This document shows, in pieces, positions 37,656 through 51,823 of a stretch of 64,000 bases of DNA. The translations under genes and the position numbers were made by a program. The notes under the pieces are model-generated. The model made no database searches and was not told the origin of the DNA. It saw nothing but the letters and a program-made list of their open reading frames with translations. The number at the start of each line of letters is the position of its first letter. The stretch's first letter is position 1. This DNA is from the human T2T-CHM13v2.0 reference genome, Homo sapiens. The stretch lies in NCBI RefSeq assembly GCF_009914755.1, contig NC_060934.1; one strand, written 5' to 3'.

Positions 37656-40600
37656 CTTCCAGCCTCTCCTCAGGCCGCACACTGGTGAGCTTCCTGCTTC
37701 CTCCTGGCTTTCTGGCTCCCAGCTGCCCTACCCTGCACTTCCTCCACATGGATGAATGTATAAGGCCTCTACTCAAGATAGGACAAAACTTTTAGGAGTG
37801 TCGACGTGTCAGCCTGTGGGCCCAGGCAGGATTAATGACAACCTACAATTTAAAGATTTTTAACCAGCCATGTGCTTGTGTTAGTGTGCCTTTTACTTTT
37901 AATTGTTTGGCACATAGCATGCTTCCTGATGCTTTCAATTACCACATATAATTCTTTACATATACATTTTAGAAATGTCAAATGACTAGTTTCTTGGCAG
38001 AAGTAGCTGGAAAAATATAAACCTGTCACATTTAGTGCTCTGTTCCCCAAAGCCTGAGCCTCTCAGATCAGAACAGCCATGCCCCTGGGTGGTCTGCAGG
38101 GCAGGTGAGGGGCCATGGGACCAACACGCATGACTGATTTGACCAATGAGCAGTAACTGAAATCACGCAGAATTCCTGTGGATTTTCATACAGGTCAAGA
38201 CTTGTACCAGTGTCCCGTGGGGATGTATTTAAGGGAAACATTGAAAACGTCTTTTCTGCCTGTGGTAGGGTCATCCCTCATTTCTTGGCCTTTCCTTGGG
38301 CATCTTCCACATGCCAGGCGGGGCACCAGGACTGAAGATCCTGAGTGATTTTGTGTCTCCAGGACTCAGGGAGCTGACCATTGTCTGAGAGGTATTGCTG
38401 CATGGCTGGGTGGCTGGTTGGGGAGGATTCTTATCTGCCCATCAATGGGGATGGTCAGGACAAAAGTTCTGAACTCAATACATCCTTCCTCATCCATTTT
38501 TCTGAGACCATCTTGAGGATAAATGATATATAAAAGTCAGTAAAATGAGGTAAAACAATACAAATCCTTCCACTTGAGAATTTGAGAGAGAATTTTGATC
38601 GTCAGTAGCCACAGATCATATTCTAACTATTCAATGAGACAAGTGTTTCTTTCTTCAGCGGGGTTGAGGCAGGATAAGAAGCCTGGAGCCACGTGAGCTG
38701 CCTGTGGTCCTGCCCCTGGCCAGCTATCAGTGTGGTAGGGTCACAGAGGGGGATGTGGACAAGTCTGTGGCCTTTACTGGTGGATGGAGGGAAGGAGAAG
38801 GGGGAAGAATACTCTCGCTATGAATCAGATGGAGGGTGTAATGGGGAGAGGGCACCTGGGGAGGGTCGCTGCAGGTGCAGCAGCACGAGATCACACAAGG
38901 TCAAATGTGCTCCGGTGTTCCTAGACCCTCCTGCTCACTGCAGGGTCCCCTGATGCTCTTCTCAAGACTGAAGCCCAGACAAGGGTCGGAGGCTTCCTGA
39001 AAACACTCTCCTCATTTCCCATGGTTCCTGAAAAGTTCACCTTTAAAGAACAGGTGGCAGTCCTCAAGGTCACACCTGGGGCCCTGACCTCAGGAAGCAG
39101 ATGAAGTCCAGGCCTGTGCCCAGGACGGGGACACTGGCCTGTGGCCTGACGTGCCGCGGGCCCTTGACCTCACATCACCCCAGGGCTCCCTTGGGCAGAT
39201 GTGTCCTGGAGCAAATGTCATTCCCTGAGGCCCAAATCACAAGCCGAAATGCAGTGTCCCCTCAGCACCTATCATTTTAAAGAACAATACTTTAAGATTC
39301 TCTCACATATCAGGTTTTAAGTTGTTTTTAGGTTGTGTAGAATGTAAACAATGCTTTCTTGGTGACTGAGAGAACTAGAATGGCCATCTCCCCATGCCAT
39401 GTGGGAAAAGCTCTCACCATGCCATGTGGGGACAGCTCTAAAGCCGTTCAGATGTGCAAAGCCATTCACCTCCACGAAATGGCCCCAGACCATGGGGGCT
39501 TTTTTCTCTGCCTAGTTTGTACTTTTCCTAGTGGCATCTGTGGAACAGTGAGAAGAATGTGGAAGAGGATTTGTCTGCTACCAGTGGCAGTTTCTCCACT
39601 GGGGAAAATCCCAGTGGGCAAGGACCTGGGTGAAGGGCAGTTCTCTATGGAGTAACCCAGGGCCAGGTGCATGGGAGATGTTCAGTAAATCTCAGGAATG
39701 AATGGAGTGGATACCACCACCATTGAATTTGGCCATTAGAGAAATAGATGTTTGCATACTCTATTCAAGGGAATACAATAAATATTTTCCCTCTTTGTTT
39801 TTCTATAAATTATGGCATTCTTTAGTAAGTGCTAGTCCTTGGGCAATGTCTTATATTTTGTACCTGTGGTTTACTTGATTTTGTGCTACATTCCAGAGCT
39901 GGTGAATCCACATAGTCCCACTTGAACCTGACTGGAATTTAATTCAAGCAGTAATTATACATTTGTGTTGAAGGCCTGCTTAGTTCAGGGGCCTGTGGTC
40001 TCCATCTCTGCTGGCAGATGGAGAGAAGAGGAAGGGAGGAAGAAGGCTCTCCACAGGAGTGGGACGGGCAGCACAGTGGAGAAGGGATCCTGTGGGAGGA
40101 ATGCCATAGTGTGCAGCAGCACCAGGTCACTCACTTCAGATAGGAGTGGACATGGTGCTCTCAAATCTCAAAGGGGAGAAGCTGATCTGGAAAGATGGTA
40201 CCCACAGAATCAAGGATGACTTCAAGGAGGTGACATTTGGATTGACCCAGGGAGGATGGGTGCCTTTGGAGCAGGTGGAGGGTGAGGCAGCATAGAGAAG
40301 GTGGGCTGGCGATGGGGAAATCACATGTTTTGGTTTTGTTGGAGTTTGTGCTCTGCTGAGTAGAATCGGGGAGAGACAGAATCAGGCGTTGAAGGCCTGA
40401 CACACAGTCCTGTTCCCTTGGGGAAAGGGTGCTGAATAGGGCAGAGGCTGTGCCACAGAAGCCCTCAGGAGAAGTCATCCAGAATCCAGGTCCAGAGAGG
40501 CCTGGATGGGGAGTGACAGGAAGCAAGGTCAGAGGTGGTCTCCAGAGAGGGGATGGGGGAGCCAGGGCTGGCATTTAGGGTGGGAAGGTGGGAAGAGGTG

Positions 40601-43600
40601 CTGAACCCATGGCGGGGGCAGATCAAGAGGTGTCCCCGACTACTAAGTGGGTGCTCCTATTAAGTGGAGATAACCAAGGAAACCATAGCTTTCCTGATCA
40701 AAACGCTCCTGTGTTTCTATGCAGTGGGTTTAGGCCTTGGACAAAACTTAATCTCAGGACATCAGGGCCATGACACAACGGCTAAAAAAAGTAACCATTG
40801 AGAGTTACTACTCAACTTTCATCTTAGTAAAGACTTTGGGTGTCAATTGCCCAAGCTGCTGGTGCCTCTGAATATTTGTAGAGGTCTTGCTAAGTCTACT
40901 GAATTGGAATTATTTCTGTCCCTCACCAAGCTGTGGTCTCCTGGAGGGAGGGGCCCCTGTCCTGGCCACCCATTGTTCTCTGCCACCCACACGATCCTGG
41001 GCACTGAAGGGTTAGGTGCTCACACACTGTTGGTGGATGAGTGCGATTCATGAGACATCCTGCTTGGGAATCTGCTCCAAAATAAGCTCATGGAAAAAAA
41101 AATCTGAAGAATAGTGACACTGTTTCGTATCTTCTGTGCTTCACAACATTGGACAATGTTGTGTGTCCTACTGTAGGAAAAATAGACATTTATTCAAGGT
41201 ATTGACTTCCTGCAAAATCCAGTTCCATCATTTTATGTAATGAATGAGATCACAGTCCGTATCCTCCGAAATATTACATATTACAGCCTTACCGTGCTGA
41301 TAACTGTAATCAGCGGTGAAAGCGGCTTAATAATATATCGTGTGCACAGCCAGTGGATAAAAAGCTGTGATTCCAATATTGTTGATGTGTGTGGAAAAGC
41401 TTTTCCAGCCAGGTTTGAAGGTTCATCAGCTGAGGAAAGAGAGTATTAGCTGGAAGGAAGAATGAGAAGGCAGCGGTGTTCCCACTAAAGCCCAAAGGCT
41501 TCGTGTATCTGCAGCCCCGGTAGAAACCTACACAGAGTATCAGGCAACTAGAGGTCTGAGGAGGGCAGAATGTTTACAGAGGCAACTTGGAAACAGGCCT
41601 CAGCTTTCTTGAAAAGCCCTGAACAGTGATGCCCAAAGTTGTGCCATGCTCTGCCTTCCAGAGTCTTTTTTGCCCTCCTGCATCATTCCTGTGTCCAAAT
41701 AGGCAAGTTTTCTAGGGAGATGAGCTCTGGGTAGGTGATCACAGAAACTGAGAACTGAATGCTTGGGGGATTCAGAGAAAAGTCAACATGAGCTGGTAAG
41801 GAAGGTGGACATAACATGTCACCCACATTCGGAAGTTTCATCTCAGCAGTACGAAACTGCAGGCTAAAAAAGATAGGAAAAGAATTAAACCCTCTCAATA
41901 ATTTAAACAGTTTTTAATCTTTGTTTAAAAGTTCACTTCGAGGCCTGAGCCTGAGAAGCTTACTATCTAAGGAATCCCCCCAGAAGGCCTTCACCTTGAG
42001 GAATGTTTACTTCCAGCACTGTTGGGTCTTCCCAGCCAAAGACCCCGCGGCCTCTGCAGCTGATTTTGCTGCTGGACTACCCGCTGCCTCTTTGTTGGCC
42101 AAGTGCTCAGGGTGTTGTGTGCTTGAGCTGTAGAGTCCAAATATCTGAAGACAAAATAACTTTCCACTTTTTCTGTCTATTTTCATACATAAACAAACTG
42201 CCCTTTAATGAGTGACACTTCGGGGGTCAAATGAAAAACTATTTCAGATATGTTAGAAAAGGGCTGCATGCAAATCAGAGCCTAAATTGCAGCGTTCACA
42301 GACGCAACGTGATTGTGACTGGAAATCTTGACTACACTCGATTCGTTAAGCAGAGGTGATGCCCAGTATTTATCTGCACGTTATTTGTAGAACTGCAATA
42401 GATGTTTACAATGCGATGAAAATGTGATTTTTTTTGTTTTTGTTAATGGGTAAGTATGTCACCCACAGTGTGTGCTTACACTGTGATCTATAGAATTTAA
42501 AAACTGCAGTTTGCCGTCTTCGGATGCCTCAGGCTGCTCTTCTGTGCACCCAGCATGCTATGTGAACACCTCTGTGTGTCTGGGTGGAGAGAGGACATGG
42601 GTAAGGAGAGGCAGGGACGACAGTGCCAGGAGCCTTGTGTCTGGAGTCAGAGTCTGTACAAAGAGCCCTACACCTGCTTCTCTCCTTGAGCTGAACAGGT
42701 GAGGAGGATCTCATAGAGCACAGATTCCTTGTGTTTGAGAATGAAAATCACTTCACTAGAACTTCCATGCACGATGGGTGAGGAGGCCCCTGCTGTATTT
42801 TGAGTGGAGGAGGGAGCATGAGCTGGAGGCTGGGGATGTGGGAAGACCTGAAGCCCACAGCCCACGGGCTCTGTGATCACTGCCACATCCTTCATCTCTG
42901 AGTCTGGCTAGGACAGGGGCATTGAGTTTTGTTCCCCTAGCCTCTCTGTATTTGTTTTGGTCATCTGGGGCAGGGATGAAGGCCATTTCCTGAGGCAGGT
43001 GTTTCAGGCAGGAGGATTAAATGAGCTCCGCTCATCTCTGCAGAACGCTGAGCACCATGTCCAGCACGTTGTAGGTGCTCATTAAGTGTTAGCTATTACC
43101 TTTACCAGAACTTAAAGGCCATTGGAGTTTTCAATGCCACAGTGAGACATAAAGACAGTGACATGCGGATCCTGTCCCTGCACACCCTGGCTGAGATCAG
43201 GCATCTCTTCCAGTGTGGCCTCCTGGGCCTGGGAATTTGGTTAAAGAGGGTGGCTTTTTCAGACACAGGGCTCTTTCTTCCAGCAACGGTCTTTAGTTCA
43301 GTTTAAGACCACCCATTTAAGCTGGCACTGCCAGCGGGTCATGCCAATCTGTCTCTGCCAAACCCTTTTGGTTGTAGATGATGGCAAGTTTGGAAATAAG
43401 CCAAGGACCCTGTGCACTGGCCCTGCTCAAGGCAGCTCAGCTGCACTGGCCCGGTCATGTGAGAGCAGAGGATGGCTCTAGAAAAGGTGGCCACGGGCTG
43501 GTGGCCTCAGTGGAACCAGGGCACCAGCCATGGGGAAGGGAAGCAAGAGTGGGTGAGGGGATTGGGGTCACCCAATCTTGTTACACCTCTCCTACCCATC

Positions 43601-44685
43601 ATGGCCCCAGGCCCTTTCCTATTCTCTGCCCCATTTCATCACCACGTTTCTCTAAGGAGGCACCTCTACTCCCTGCCTTCACATTCTCTTTCCCATCCTG
43701 TGAAAGAAAGCATGGGTTCTCACTGCCCAACTGACTGCCTGCCTGAGGCGCCCTCCACAGAGCTGACCCATCACAGCCTCTTCACATGGTTGGCTTCTTG
43801 GCTGCTTCTGTGCTGATGAACCCTAACCCGTGCTCTCAGTAAATGCCAGACCTGTGCCAGCGCCAACAATATCAGCTCCTAGTTACCCACACTGAGGACC
43901 TCTAATGCTCACCTTGCCCTGGAGACACCAGTACCTTCTCTCCATGTTTGGGATGGGATCCTTGAGGCTGAAGGGTGGCATGGCAGAGTGGCAGCCCAGA
44001 CCGACGCGGAGACCAAGGTTCTTTCGTGCACTACCAGGTGTCCACCTTGCTGCCACCTGCAGCTGACATCGCTGCCTGCTCTGATCTTGACTGACACACC
44101 ACATGTCTAAGACTAAACTCACGCAGCTTCCCCCGAGCCCACTGCATCCTGAATTTACTGCATGTGTCCAGGCTTCCCCTAGCCACTCTCCACTCACTCC
44201 ATGCAATCATTATCCAAATCCTTTGGGTTTCACCTCTGCCCATTCCAGCATTTCACTTTCACCCCTCCACTCTAGTTGAGGCCTTCTTTACCCTTCTCCC
44301 TCTTTCTTTCTTTTAATTCAAACACCAAGTCTGATGTTGATGCCAGTGGGAATGCATTTGACCTCTGTCTACAGCGTGGCCAGGATCAGCTGCACTGGCT
44401 GTTTCAAGAACTGCCACATCGCACCTCTGCTCCACTCTGGATCCTCAGCCAACCCCGACTGGACCCTCTGAACAGGCGGGATCTCTGTACCCAGTATCTT
44501 TACATCTCAAGGTAAGCTGGAAATCCCCGAAACTTCATGGACTCTCACAAAAGATAAGGTTCCTTAAAGGTAAACATCGTGAACCTGCCTCTCACCTTAC
44601 CTGTTAACCTCATTGGGACACAAGGAGGCAGAATTGGGAGGAGACTGGACAGGAAACCATACTATGAGGAACTACAAAACATTTA

Positions 44686-45003
<318 letters not shown>

Positions 45004-46313
45004 AAAATGCTTAGGATCCATGCTGGTCACAGTTGTTCATATGGTATGACCCATGTGTCACAAGGCTGAGGAAATCTCTTTTATGTTTTTATAAACAACC
45101 TCAATCTCATTGTTTATAAACCTAAGTGGTCAGATCAAAAGTTTCCAATGATTTCCAGGTTTCTAAAGAGAGTTTTTTCTCCATGTGGAATCCAGCTTCT
45201 CCTTGTCCTCTCCATCTCATTTGGTTTCCACTTTGACCTCCTTTAAGTCCAGCCTCATGCTGCCTTCTACGAAGCTCTCCCTGACGCCCCTCCACCGGAA
45301 ACTCATGGGGAAACTCCCGTTTTGCTTGGGAGCCCCCATTGCAGCCTTTCCCACAGGAGCCTGTACCCCTCCTACGCCTGGGAGGTAAGTCCACATCCAC
45401 CTTTGGATCTGCAGCCCCTGGACACTGTGCCTGGCAGAGTCTGTGCTGTAGGAGAGGATTTGCAGGTGGAGAGGAGCTGGTCGGTGTCTAAACAATATAC
45501 ACAGAGACCCGGGCTGGCTAGAGAAGAGTTTCATGCTCTCTGCATGCCCTCAGGATCTTGTGTAGATGGTTCTTCTTCTTGTTAATCCCTAGATGTTAGA
45601 TGAGTAGAAATATGCAGCACAATGCAAATAAAGCGAGAAGTATCTTTCTTAATTAAATTTGAAATGCCAGTAATTATCCATATTATTAAAGCAAATCGAA
45701 TCTACCTTATGTTGCTGACAGGATTAGTGTTTGGAGGTTGGTACTTCCTCACTTACAATGGTTTAAAGCACATAAAAATTTCAGCCCAAACAACATCAAA
45801 TGTCTTCTGAGCTTTCACTGCCCAGAAGTGTCTACTTCAAAGCAGGGGCTGAGAAATTTTTTACCGATTTGACACATGCGTGCCAACTTGCAGGCACTGC
45901 AGATGTCCTGGTTGGAGCTCAAGGGAGCTGTGGAGCTGTGGTTTTGGTCAGAAGCAGATGGACGTCTGCAGGGTCTGCATAGTACTAGCGAGAGCTGCCT
46001 GCCTGCATGGTGGGGCGTTTCATCTCTTGGCAAAGCTGCAGCAGACGTTGGCTTCAGAGCAGGCGGGCCAGGAGAGGAGCTGTGGCCAGACAGCCATTGC
46101 CAAGGAAGGGTCTGGGGCTCGTAGGGTGCCACAGATACCCACACCCGGTCAGTTTGTCACAAAGAAGCAGGTGTGAGTGATGCAAAGCCTTGTAACTTTA
46201 GAGGTCAGGCCCCAGGGAGAAGTCAACAGTGGATATTTGGAAATGCTAGTGTTTGCTCATTCATGCCTTTTCTGAAGGGAATTGGAAAACAGATTATTCT
46301 GATAGTTTAGGCC

Positions 46314-46682
46314 TGTATTAGTCTGTTTTCACACTGCTATAAAGAACTACCTGAGACTGGGTAATTTATTAAAAAAGAGGTGCAACTGACTCTCAGTTCT
46401 GAAAGCTTAAGAGGAAGCATGACTGGGAGGCCTCAGGAAACTTACAATCATGGCGGAAGGTGAAGGGGAAGCAAGGACCTTCTTCACATGGTGTCAGGAG
46501 AGAGAGAGCAAGTGAAGGGGGAAGTGCCACACACTTTTAAACCATCAGCCTTGGTGAGAACTCACTCACTATCACAAGAACAGCAAGGGGGAAATCCACC
46601 CCATGATCCAATCACCTCCCACCAGGCTCCTCCTCCAATTTGACGTGAGATTTGGGCGGGGACAGAAAACCAAACCATATCA
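46314..46682 (-). mobile_element. THE1D/MSTA-like MaLR LTR
   Basis: tgtattagtctgttttcacactgctataaag...ccaaaccatatca; 5-bp TSD aggcc/aggct. Confidence 0.9.
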
Positions 46683-46789
46683 AGGCTCAAAGTGAAATAA
46701 AGATGCCTACCTGTAGAAAATTAAACAAATGTAACAGTTTTTTGAAACTTGGATTCTCTGGATCATCTCTTCATTTTGTTCAGTGTGTG

Positions 46790-46792
<3 letters not shown>

Positions 46793-46838
<46 letters not shown>
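46793..46838. repeat. (GT)n microsatellite, ~23 units
   Basis: Direct reading. Confidence 0.97.
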
Positions 46839-46840
<2 letters not shown>

Positions 46841-47914
46841 GTGTCTACAATTATCTAATCAACCTTTAAAAACCAATATATTTCTGGTAAAATATTTCTA
46901 AAATCTTTTTATTGTCAGTAAATTATATAAGTTTTTTATATGTAAAAATCTGGCACATTCCAGATTTAAATTAAATTATTTATATATTGATATAGTCTTA
47001 GTTTTTAGAAATTTTCTCAGGGCAAAGCAATATTTGAGTGGGAAAACTCAATGTCTGGCAAAATAAAAAAAATAAAGCTTACACAGTTTTTAAGCTACAG
47101 ATTGAAATAGCACTTTGAGTGCAATAAATTAATTTCAATGTGTTATAACAGCATGTGACTCTTGCCAGCTAATGGATAAAGTGGTTCAGTCCACAGTTTG
47201 GCCCAGCTCTCTAAGGACCCGGGTGTGCTCAAAGGCATGGCCAGCACTTTGTGGATTCTTCCATCTCAGCTGCCCGTCTTCTTTGTGACTCTCTGTATCT
47301 ACAGAAATCTTGGAGAACAAGGTGCTCTCGAGAAAAAACTTGACCCCATTCTGATTAGGTGGTGGCCTTGCCTTTGCCCTCACCCTTGCTTTGGCCCTTC
47401 CCTGCAGACAGTCAGGCAACTGGGTCCAGGCTTGGTTCTTTTGGGGGAGGAGAGGTGAAAAGAAGGGACAAGGGAGTATGGAGGCTTTGTGGGCTTTGGT
47501 GTAGCTCCAGCCCAAATGAGGGGAAGAGTTGTAGAAGGAGGAAGTGCAACTCAGGGAGTGGGACAAGAGGAGCTTCTCCTAGACCAGCTCATGAGATGTC
47601 CCTGGGAGGGAGAAAACTGGGTGCTCCTGGGAGGCACGGGCTGGATTTGGCTTTCCAGAAAGTCTGCATGGAGGGTTGAAGACGTAGAGAGGGATGGCTC
47701 TGGGTGCTCCTTGGGAGATGACAGAAGGCCACTGGGAGCCCCAGCAGAAGGTGCTGCATCCCACACAAGACATGGGAGCGACAGGAGTTGCCTGCCTCGA
47801 AGGGGTCTTGATGATAGGAAGAGTCAACTCTGGGTGATGCCCTGGTGGGCAGGTTGAACTGTGTTTCCTCCACTCTCTGCCGTCTCTCCCCTCCACTCCC
47901 CCTCTCCGTTCCTG

Positions 47915-48274
47915 ACTGTGAAATGTTAGAATGTGACTTTGTTTCAAAACGGGGTCTTTGCAGATGTAGTTAGTTAAGATGAGGTCAAATGGCATTGGCA
48001 TGGACTGTAAATCTGGAGTCCTTATGAGAAGAAGAGATGGAACACCAAAAACAAGCTCCTGCGGCCATGGAGGCAGAGACTGCAGTGACGCGGCTACAAG
48101 CCCAGGAACCCTGGGAGCCACCGGATGCTGGAAGAGGCCAGAAAGTATCGGTCCCCAGAGCTTCTGGTGGGAACATGGCCCTGCTGATACCATGATGCTG
48201 TAAGAGAACAAATTTCTGATTTAAGTCACACAGTGTGTGGTACTTTGTTACAGAGGCCACAGGAAGCTGATACA
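47915..48274 (+). mobile_element. MLT1B/C-like MaLR LTR fragment
   Basis: gaatgtgactttg...ggggtctttgcagatgtagttagttaagatgaggtca...tggtactttgttacagaggccacaggaagctgataca. Confidence 0.8.
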
Positions 48275-48696
48275 CCTGCCATACCAGGTGCTAACACACT
48301 TCCTGAAACCGTAATGACAGGTGTTTGGTAGAAAGAAAAAGTTCCCAGCAATGACTGAGGTGGAATTGTGATAGGATGGGGCTGGGCTGGGCCTCAGAAT
48401 TCATATTGATGCATCTTGTACATCTGAGTTTGTCCAATCTGATGTGTGATTGGCTGGAAGTTCTTCCACTCGTTTTTGTTTTCTTTTTTTTTTTAATTTT
48501 CAAAATACTTATTTTTTTTTTTAGAACAGTTTAGGTTCACAGCAAAATTGAGAGGAAAGTAGAGATATTTCCCGTATGCCCCCTACCCCTAAACATCCAC
48601 AGCCTCTCCTATTATTAACATGCCCCGCCTGAGTGATACCTTTCTTATGACTGATGAGCCTACATTGACACATCATTATCATCCAAGGTCCAAGGT

Positions 48697-49072
48697 TGTC
48701 TTAGTCCCTTTTCTGCTGCTACAACAAGCTATCACAAGCTGGATAGTTGATAAAGACAGGAAATTTCTTTCTCATAGATCTGGAAGCTGGGAAGTCCAAG
48801 AGCATGATGCTGGCCTCTGGCAAGGGTTGTCCCATGGTGGGAGGAGAGAAGGCAGAAGCAAGCATGAGACAGAGAAAGCACCAGGGAGTGGCTACCTTTC
48901 ATAACCAATTGCTCTTGTCATAATGAACTCACTCCTATGATAACAACATTAATCCATTCATGAGGCTCCACCCTCAGGACATAGTCATCTCTTATTAGGC
49001 CCCACCTCCCAACACTGTTTCTTAAAAAAGTTTGCAATCTATGAATTTGGGGAACACATTGAAACCATGGCA
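48697..49072 (-). mobile_element. MSTC/MSTD-like MaLR LTR
   Basis: tgtcttagtcccttttctgctgct...gaagctgggaagtccaag...acacattgaaaccatggca; the L1 resumes after it. Confidence 0.8.
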
Positions 49073-49536
49073 GTAGTTTATGTTAGGGCTCACTTCTGAC
49101 GCTGCACACACTGTGGGCTTTGAAACATGTCTAATGACATGCATCCATCACTACAGTATCACACAGAGTAGCTGTCTATTTATCTTCCCTCTACCTCCCC
49201 AACTCCTGGCAACCACTGATTTTATCGTAGTCTTCATTGTTTTATCTTTTCCAGTGTCATATCGTCACAGTCATACAGTACATAGCCTTTTCAGATTGAC
49301 TTCTTTCGCTTAGTAATATGCATTTAAGTTTCCTCCATGTCTTTTGTTGGTCTCACAGCTCATTTCTTTTGAGCGCTGAATAATATTCCATTGTCTTTAG
49401 GTATCACAGTTTATCCATTCACCTACTGAAGGACATTTGGTTACTTCCAAGTTTTGGCGATAATGAATAAAACTGCTATAAACGTGTGTGTAGCTTTTTG
49501 TGTGGATATAAGTTTCCAACTTTTTTGGATAAATAG

Positions 49537-49952
49537 TGATATGGTTTGGATCTGTGTCTCCACCAAGTCTCAAGTCCAATTGTCATCTCCAATGTTGGAG
49601 GTGGAGCCTGGTGGGAGGTGGTTGGATCATGGGAGTGAATCCTTTGTGAATAGTTTAGCACCATCCTCTTGGTGCTGTTCTCATGATGGTGAGTTCGTCC
49701 TCACAAGATCTGGTTGTTTAAAACTGTGTGGCCCCTCCCCTCTCTCTCTCTCTTGCTGCTCTAGTCACTTGATATGCCGGCTCCCCCTTCACCTTCTGCC
49801 ATGATTGCAAGTTTCCTAAGACCTCCCCAGAAGCAGATGCCACCATGCTTCCTGTACAGCTTGCAGAACCGTGAGCCAATTAAACCCCTTTTCTTTATAA
49901 ATCACCCAATCTCGGGTATTTCGTTACAACAAAGGAAGAACAGCCTAACACA
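49537..49952 (+). mobile_element. MSTA/B-like MaLR LTR
   Basis: TGATATGGTTTGGATCTGTGTC...CTAACACA with 5-bp TSD aatag/aatac. Confidence 0.9.
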
Positions 49953-51783
49953 AATACCAACCAGTGCAATTGTTGTATGGTATAAGAGTATGTTTAGCTT
50001 TGTAGGAGACCACCAAAGTGTTTTCCAAAGTGGCTGTACCATTTTGCATTTCCACCAGCAGTGAATGAGAGGTTCTGTTGCTCCACAACCTCATCAGCAT
50101 TTGGTGTTGTCAGAGTCCTGGATTTTGGCCATTCTAATAATAGTGTGTAGTGGTCTCTTATTGTTTTAATTTGCATTTCCTCCTCCCTCTTTCAAAATAG
50201 TGTTTTTTCTTTTTCCTTCTCTATGCATCCCTTTAAATCTCTGTGACTTCCCTCTGCTGTTTCTGCTCACTCTCCTCACTGACTCTCCACCAGGGAGATG
50301 ATGCTGCACAGTGAGCCTGGCCCCTGCCCCTAGACTGCCCTTGCAGCACAGCCCACCCATCATCACTGCAGGGACTCTCAGAAAACTAAACCTGTTGCCA
50401 TTCCAGCTTGGTAAGGTGAATGTGCCAAGAGCAGGTGAATTTAGAATAAGATTCCTTCTTACCATCTTTAAGAGCCAGGGCTGTTTCCTGTGGGCTCCTG
50501 CATAATGAGTTCTCTTCCACGCCCTACTTACATCCCTTCTTCCCATCTTCAACTGCACATCTTCTGCTGTTCACCTAAAATCTGAGGATGCTCCCCTCTG
50601 CTCTGGTATTCTGAAGTTACCTCTGCCTGCCCTGCTACTCCAGGGACTCTGATAGGGGTCACAGCCTTGACATACCTCCTTAAATGCTTCAGATCAGAGA
50701 AGTAAAAAAAAAAGAAAAACAAGACTAAATTGCAAGTCATTTGTTCTTGGCTTGTAGGACGTGCATCTGTGCTAGGCAATGAGGCTTAATAGGATTGCCC
50801 CTTGCAGAGGGTGAATGGTTGACTGTGGATATTCAGAGGTGCTTAGGTGAAGGTCATGATGGTGCTTTCCCTCCTAATAACAGTCTCTTCTTTTCAAAAT
50901 GTTGAAGAGGCAGCTCTCGAGGACAACCTCCCCAGTTGACCATGGCCTTCCTTCCATAGCCACTTTACTGCAAAACACAGCATGGTGGTGATCATGGGGC
51001 ATTGGAAGCACTTGTAAAGTAACTGCTGATGGGCAGTAGGGCTGTGGGGTTTGTCTAAGTGCCCTGCCCCAAACCTCTCAGGTTCCGGAACTCAAAGGTC
51101 ATTGACGATTCATGGCTTGGGGGTCAGCAGTTTGTATCATTGTCAAGGGAACACCTGGAAAAAGGGGAATGAAGACCACATCTCCCTCCCTTTTGAGGTT
51201 CAATGTCATTAGAGTATCTTAGAGCTCAGGACTGAGATCTTTGGGCAGAGATGATCCTCCAAGGGGAAACTGGCTCTGAGAGTGGAGAGGGTCGGGGCAG
51301 ACACTTATCCTGGGAAAGGGCTGGTTCTGGAACTTCCTCCAGCCCCACCTTGTGCGAGGGCTTCAAATCAATGATTAAATGTGTAGATGTGAAGTTGAGA
51401 TGAGATTGGGAAGCCCAGCTGGGCTCTTTGACTTGAATGACCATGTAAATCTGAGAGCAATTGGCAAGGGAGCAAGAGATCTACTGTCCTTCCTGCCCCT
51501 TCCCATGCACCCCCATCCCTCTGTGAGTCTGCAGTTTTTCCTGGGATTTCTGGGGGGGCTCATGAGCCTTAAGTATAAGGTTGTGAGTGTTGTGAGTAAG
51601 CATTCTGGAAGGGTGAAGTAACCTCTGAGGCAAGATCCCACGGGCATAGTCTATTAGGTTTCTGCTAAGGTGGCCACGTGGAGTAGACCTTTGTACTCTG
51701 GGGCAAGGTTTGGGGTACAGGCTGTGTCAAAACCCTAAACTGCGGTATAGGTCCATTGCTCACAAACATATGGGTTCAAATGA

Positions 51784-51823
51784 CCACTGCACCCCCCTGC
51801 ACCCCACTGCACCCCACTGCACC
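51784..51823. repeat. 10-bp tandem repeat (ccactgcacc) x4
   Basis: Direct reading; one variant unit. Confidence 0.9.

Larger units (their letters stand above)
48505..50185 (-). mobile_element. L1MC-like 3' end carrying two nested MST LTRs
   Basis: ttagaacagtttaggttcacagcaaaattgag; acattgacacatcattatca; tttccaaagtggctgtaccattttgcatttccaccagca. Confidence 0.85.

Noticed and set aside
47579-48211. 210-aa minus-strand ORF
   Set aside because: Half of it is antisense MLT1 sequence, and it has no recognisable domain.
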